NCBI GenBank assembly: GCA_963727625.1
Contig: CAVSHR010000004.1
Span: 128,001 to 192,000, forward strand
DNA length: 64,000 nt
Reading direction: 5' to 3'
Source: an uncultured delta proteobacterium
GTDB lineage: Bacteria; Desulfobacterota; Binatia; UBA9968
Shown: positions 59,321-64,000 of the stretch, one piece after another
Layout of the letters: each line of letters starts with the position of its first letter
How positions within the stretch are numbered: position 1 is the first letter of the stretch
Made by a program: the position numbers and the translations under genes
Notes under the pieces: generated by a model
The model's input: the letters and a program-made list of their open reading frames with translations, nothing else
Told to the model about the DNA's origin: nothing
The model's database searches: none

Positions 59321-60901
59321 TCATTGATACAGCCGTACCTCTATCGTATAGCCGAAGTTCCGGTGTGGCCCCACAGCGAAACGCTGTTCCAAGGTGCTTC
59401 GTACGAGGCCGTGAGGGTCTTTTAAGTCGGCTCGGCGCATGATGAGCCATGCCCTGTCGTATCGATCCAATGTCGCGATGAGATCCGGCAAATGCTCGGC
59501 TGAAAACGACTGGGTTCCTTTGCCACCGGCAGGATATTTGGCAGGGACAACACGTACATGCATAGGGACCGGCTGCCGGTCCCTATAGTATTCGAACGGT
59601 ATACCCGTTGAGCCACCGACAATAATTACGATGTCATTCTGGCGAATACCATCCGCGACATATTTGACCACATCCCGCCAAGGTTCCTTGGAATGCAGTG
59701 TATAGAAGTTCATCGCCGATACAAGCCATATCGCTGTCAGGACAGTCGTGGCGATCGTTCGCAACCACGAACTTGATAACCATGTAATGCCCACAGCAAC
59801 GGCTAGATAATATGGTACCGTCACGCCAAGCACGAGGCGAGACAAAAAGATCGGACGATAGATATCGCTCAAAATTACAAGAGCGATGATCGGAATCACC
59901 AACGCCAATGTTAACATTAAGGCAATTCGCCATCTTCGCTCCATTAAGAGTTTCGCGAAACCGGCGGCAGCGAGGAGCGCCAAAAGGAAGTTTGGAATAG
60001 GCTGCCATCTGAACAAAGCGGGGAGACCAAATAGATGATGCAGCGAGAAACCGAATGTCTCCCATGTCAACGCTGGAATCCAGAAACTCGATGAAACCTT
60101 CTGAAATTGTAGTGATAGATAATAAAGGTACGGAATGCATAAAGTGGCGACTACGGCGGCGGCAAGTAAAACGTTACGCAGAAAGTCACGATCTGAGCGC
60201 AGTGTCACGATAATGTATGGTAGCAAAGCGAGAGCCAGGGCGGCGACATAGATGGCGGCCGTGTAGTGCATCCAGAGTGTGGTTGCAGTGCCGACGATCA
60301 AGGCCGACCATGCTCGGACTGCCCAGGGATGTTCAGCGGTCCGCTCGAGTTCCTCGTGGAAGACCTCAGTTCCGAGCCAAGGGCGGCGGGCATCGGCTGG
60401 AAAGCGCAAGAGGTGCGCGAGTCCAGCGAGTGCCAAGGCGAATCCAAGGACTTGCGCCGCATATGGCCGTGCTTCTTGGCTGTATTCGATTTGAACCGGC
60501 GACAGGGCGACAGCCAATGCGGCAATTGTTCCGACCCAATGCCCATTGCGTGTGCCGCCGACGTTGACGCCCAGCCAATACACGACGGGAACCGTCAATA
60601 CGCCGAACATCACGGAAAGGCTGCGGGCGGCACTTTCGCCGGTGCCAAAGATGGAAAGCCACAGTTTGAGTAATGTATAGTATAAGGGCGGGTTAGATTC
60701 GTAACGTGGTATATTGGTCCACAGTTCTAGGAAAGGATGTTGAGCGAACCAGACTGACCCAGTTTCGTCGATCCACAAGGAGAGGTGATCAATCTTGTAC
60801 AAGCGGAGCACGAACGCCCCAGAAATCAGAACGAGAATTACCAGGTGCCGTCGAGTAAAACTAGCGCCGCGTACATGCGCAGGGAGATAAATATTGGTCA
60901 T
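59321..60901 (-). CDS. GT-C glycosyltransferase (family 39/PMT/ArnT-like)
   Basis: SLWIDE, PPLYY.LL, ARSLS and YSQEARPY; multiple TMs; EPWR. Confidence 0.88.
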   Translation of the reverse strand: MTNIYLPAHVRGASFTRRHLVILVLISGAFVLRLYKIDHLSLWIDETGSVWFAQHPFLELWTNIPRYESNPPLYYTLLKLWLSIFGTGESAARSLSVMFGVLTVPVVYWLGVNVGGTRNGHWVGTIAALAVALSPVQIEYSQEARPYAAQVLGFALALAGLAHLLRFPADARRPWLGTEVFHEELERTAEHPWAVRAWSALIVGTATTLWMHYTAAIYVAALALALLPYIIVTLRSDRDFLRNVLLAAAVVATLCIPYLYYLSLQFQKVSSSFWIPALTWETFGFSLHHLFGLPALFRWQPIPNFLLALLAAAGFAKLLMERRWRIALMLTLALVIPIIALVILSDIYRPIFLSRLVLGVTVPYYLAVAVGITWLSSSWLRTIATTVLTAIWLVSAMNFYTLHSKEPWRDVVKYVADGIRQNDIVIIVGGSTGIPFEYYRDRQPVPMHVRVVPAKYPAGGKGTQSFSAEHLPDLIATLDRYDRAWLIMRRADLKDPHGLVRSTLEQRFAVGPHRNFGYTIEVRLYQ

Positions 60902-61425
60902 TGATAAAATTTAGCCTTTCCTAACGAATTCACCGTTCTGAGCCTATAAATTCAAATTGTCCGTTTGTACTTCGAGGTCCTGCCTCTCCGTCCTTTACAA
61001 CGCTCTATGGACGTGAGCTAAATCATCGCTGCGCCCGAAGGGGGTGTGCTCGACGCCACGCTGTTTGCGACCTCGGCCTCCGCGGTCCGCGACGCGGGCG
61101 TCTGGACCTTGAACGCGAGCTCGTCGAGCACAGCTCTATCAAGACCTGGGATGCTGCGACGATGGTTATTTTAAGTTCCTCGAGATGTTCTACAACAGCC
61201 GGTGCAGACACCACTCTCGAGATTATCCCATCCCTGTTGACTAAGAACGGCCGAGGACTGTTGCTTAACTTGCTGTCCGTTAAATCGAGGCTAGCTCAGC
61301 ATGTCCCTATAATTGCCGCAAATTCCTAGATCTTACCTCAATTCTAACAGCTAAGCATTTGATATTGCGCAAGCTTGTGTTTTTCCATTACATTGCGATA
61401 AGAGCAGGGCAGATACGCTAAAGCA

Positions 61426-62598
61426 ATGGATACAAAGGATAACAGGAAAGTTATAGCGCAGTTGGTGTCGCCTTATTTATTTCTAACCGGGAGTTGGATT
61501 TACAGCCAGATCACAAACGTTAATGGCTATTGCCAAATCGTATTGACCAATAGGACAGAACATTTGGATATTTTCCCGTTCGAACCCATTTTTGCATATG
61601 ACAGTTTGTCTATCCTGCAGAAGGTGTGGCTTCGGCTAATTGATAGCGGTGGGTTCAAAGATGTGTACAAAAACTCATATTTCAGCATTCTTAAGAGATA
61701 CGCCGTGTCCTTAATGCACTGTCATTTTGGGTATTGCGGAGTAGAGTTTTTGGGATTGAAAAATAAACTGCAATTGCCGCTGGTGACAAGTTTTTATGGA
61801 GCGGATATGTCCTTGTTGCCGCGAGACCCGATCTGGAGAGATAGAATGTCAGTGTTGTTTGACGAAGGAGATCTGTTTCTGGTTGAGGGCGCACAAATGA
61901 AGGCAGCGCTCGTTGAACTGGGCTGCCCGGAATCTCGACTCGTAGTACAACATCTCGGCGTCGATCTTGACGTCCTTCCGATGTTACCCCGACAAATGGG
62001 TGCGGACGGTATGATTCGCATTCTCGTTGCGGGAACGTTCCGAGAAAAAAAAGGTATCACGTATGCTCTCGAAGCTTTTGCCCGGGTGAGGCAGAAACAC
62101 AAAAACATCCGGCTTACTTTGATGGGCGACGCTAGCGACGCTCCGAGGGACCAGGCAGAAAAGCAAAGAATTTTTGAGGTGCTTGACACGCATAACCTTG
62201 GTGAATCCGTAACCTTGCTTGGGTTCCAACCGCATGCGGTGTTTCTTAAGGAGTTATTGAGACATCATCTCTTACTCAGTCCCAGCGTGTTAAGCAAGGA
62301 CGGCGATAGCGAAGGCGGTGCGCCGGTGAGCATTACGGAGGCTCAGGCAACCGGCATGCCTGTAGTCTCTACGTTCCATGCCGATATTCCCGAAGTGGTC
62401 GTCGACGGAAAAACTGGCTTGCTCAGCCCTGAACGTGATCTTGAAGCCTTGACCGACAACCTAGAATTTCTAGTAGCTCACCCAGAGGGTTGGGGAAAAA
62501 TGGGACAACAAGGCAGATCGCACATTGAGAATGAGTACGACGTTAAAATCCTCGCAAGAAAGCTTCAAACCTTATATTCAAGGGTATTGTCAACGTAG
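61426..62598 (+). CDS. GT4 glycosyltransferase, WcaL-like
   Basis: HCHFG, EKKG, DGDSEGG.P..ITEAQATGMPVVST.H..IPE. Confidence 0.9.
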   Translation: MDTKDNRKVIAQLVSPYLFLTGSWIYSQITNVNGYCQIVLTNRTEHLDIFPFEPIFAYDSLSILQKVWLRLIDSGGFKDVYKNSYFSILKRYAVSLMHCHFGYCGVEFLGLKNKLQLPLVTSFYGADMSLLPRDPIWRDRMSVLFDEGDLFLVEGAQMKAALVELGCPESRLVVQHLGVDLDVLPMLPRQMGADGMIRILVAGTFREKKGITYALEAFARVRQKHKNIRLTLMGDASDAPRDQAEKQRIFEVLDTHNLGESVTLLGFQPHAVFLKELLRHHLLLSPSVLSKDGDSEGGAPVSITEAQATGMPVVSTFHADIPEVVVDGKTGLLSPERDLEALTDNLEFLVAHPEGWGKMGQQGRSHIENEYDVKILARKLQTLYSRVLST

Positions 62599-62723
62599 AA
62601 GGGTTGAACAACGTTGGATTGGGTGCATGATTTCACAGCGAAGCGTTTAGGTTTGAGCAACAATCGTAATGGCGGTTTCACCTGGGAAGATATGCACCGA
62701 CGAGAGCGGACCAAGGGAAACGA

Positions 62724-63902
62724 ATGAAAGAAACAACTCGCAAGTCTTGCAATTACAAAAACGAGTTTTTGGTCTTCGGAAGTCCGGCCATCGAAGAAAC
62801 AGAGATTGACGAGGTCGTAGATACAATACGTTCGGGTTGGCTTGGAACGGGGCCGAAGGTTGACAGATTCGAATCCATGTTCAAGGAATATACGGGCGCT
62901 AAATATGCTATGGCCCTGAATTCGTGTACGGCGGGCTTGCATCTTTCGATGATTGTCGCCGGCATCAAGCATGGAGACGAAGTGATTACCACACCCATGA
63001 CTTTCTGCGCAACCGCGAATGCGATTATTCACGCGGGGGCAAAGCCTGTGTTCGTGGATGTCGATCGCAGTACGATGAATATAGATCCCAAACTCATTGA
63101 GCGGGCAGTGACCGCCCGAACCAGGGCTATCCTGCCCGTTCACATGGCTGGCCGTCCTTGCGAAATGGACGTTATCAGTGATATCGCCCGCCGCCACCGC
63201 CTCGCCGTTATCGAAGATGCCGCCCATTGCGTTGAGGGCACTTACAAAGGGAGAATAATAGGTAATATTGGCGACATCACGTGTTTCAGTTTTTACGTGA
63301 CTAAGAATGTCGTTACGGGCGAAGGTGGAATGGTAACAACCAACCATAAGGAGTGGGCGGAAAAACTCAAGATGTATGCCCTGCACGGAATGAGCCACGA
63401 TGCTTGGAAGCGCTATTCAGACGAAGGTTTCAAGCATTATCAAGTCGTATTTCCAGGGTTTAAATACAACATGATGGACATCCAGGCAGCCCTTGGGATT
63501 CATCAGCTGCGGCGAGTTGGAATCAATCACAGGCGGAGAGAGATTATTTGGAAGAAATACGATAAAGCGTTCGTTGGTCTTCCTGTCTGGACGCCTGCGC
63601 CCGCCGAGCCAAACACCACTCACGCGCGACATCTCTATACCCTCCTGATTGATTTAGACAAAATTAATAAGTCGCGTGACGAAGTGCAGAGGCGGTTGTT
63701 TGATATGAAAATCGGGACCGGCATTCATTTCACGGCTTTGCATTTGCACGAGTATTATCGAGAGACTTACGGGCTCAAACGGGGGGATTTTCCGAACGCT
63801 GAATTCATCTCCGATCGTACGCTTTCTCTGCCCCTCTCAGCAAAACTTGGCGACGAAGACGTGGAAAGAGTCATTAAGGCGGTCCGACAAGTTTTATCCT
63901 GA
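62724..63902 (+). CDS. DegT/DnrJ/EryC1/StrS nucleotide-sugar aminotransferase
   Basis: NSCTAGLH, IEDAAH, FSFYVTKNVVTGEGGM, GFKYNMMD and LSLPL. Confidence 0.95.
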   Translation: MKETTRKSCNYKNEFLVFGSPAIEETEIDEVVDTIRSGWLGTGPKVDRFESMFKEYTGAKYAMALNSCTAGLHLSMIVAGIKHGDEVITTPMTFCATANAIIHAGAKPVFVDVDRSTMNIDPKLIERAVTARTRAILPVHMAGRPCEMDVISDIARRHRLAVIEDAAHCVEGTYKGRIIGNIGDITCFSFYVTKNVVTGEGGMVTTNHKEWAEKLKMYALHGMSHDAWKRYSDEGFKHYQVVFPGFKYNMMDIQAALGIHQLRRVGINHRRREIIWKKYDKAFVGLPVWTPAPAEPNTTHARHLYTLLIDLDKINKSRDEVQRRLFDMKIGTGIHFTALHLHEYYRETYGLKRGDFPNAEFISDRTLSLPLSAKLGDEDVERVIKAVRQVLS

Positions 63903-64000
63903 TTCAAGGCGTCCTCAATAGCGCAGTCAAATGAATTAAAATCGCCTACAAGCCGACGTGGCCACGAGACCATAAAGGCGGGCTTCCCTCAAAATGAAAC

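Overview
Bacterial chromosomal window, mostly GC-rich, with more AT-rich accessory stretches at about 48.5-55 kb and 59-64 kb. The gene repertoire suggests Candidatus Binatia or a related deltaproteobacteria-like lineage; this is inference only. From left to right it contains: the tail of an alternative complex III-like operon; aroE; the prkA(yeaG)-yeaH-spoVR operon; an RfaH-like NusG paralog beside a PDZ/GAF sensor kinase; many catabolic and redox genes (FAH, VOC, SDR, GST, hydroxycinnamoyl-CoA hydratase-lyase, ThDP enzyme, TenA, AKR); an RND pump; UPF0182; and tripartite tricarboxylate transporter genes behind a sigma54 site. These are followed by a decayed island (IS3 and IS21 ends, SRAP, attC-like sites, a DISARM drmD fragment buried under RAYT, IS21, IS1182/IS5-like and group II intron pieces) and the start of a surface-polysaccharide cluster. 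The strongest hidden signal is two UGA-recoded genes that the ORF track misses, both in one co-oriented cluster (38046-40239). One is a DUF411 protein whose CGCC motif reads UGCC. The other is an unrecognised 73-aa protein with two in-frame UGAs (G-U-H-S-N-U-G). Each has a SECIS-like hairpin at the expected distance. No rRNA, tRNA or CRISPR array was seen.
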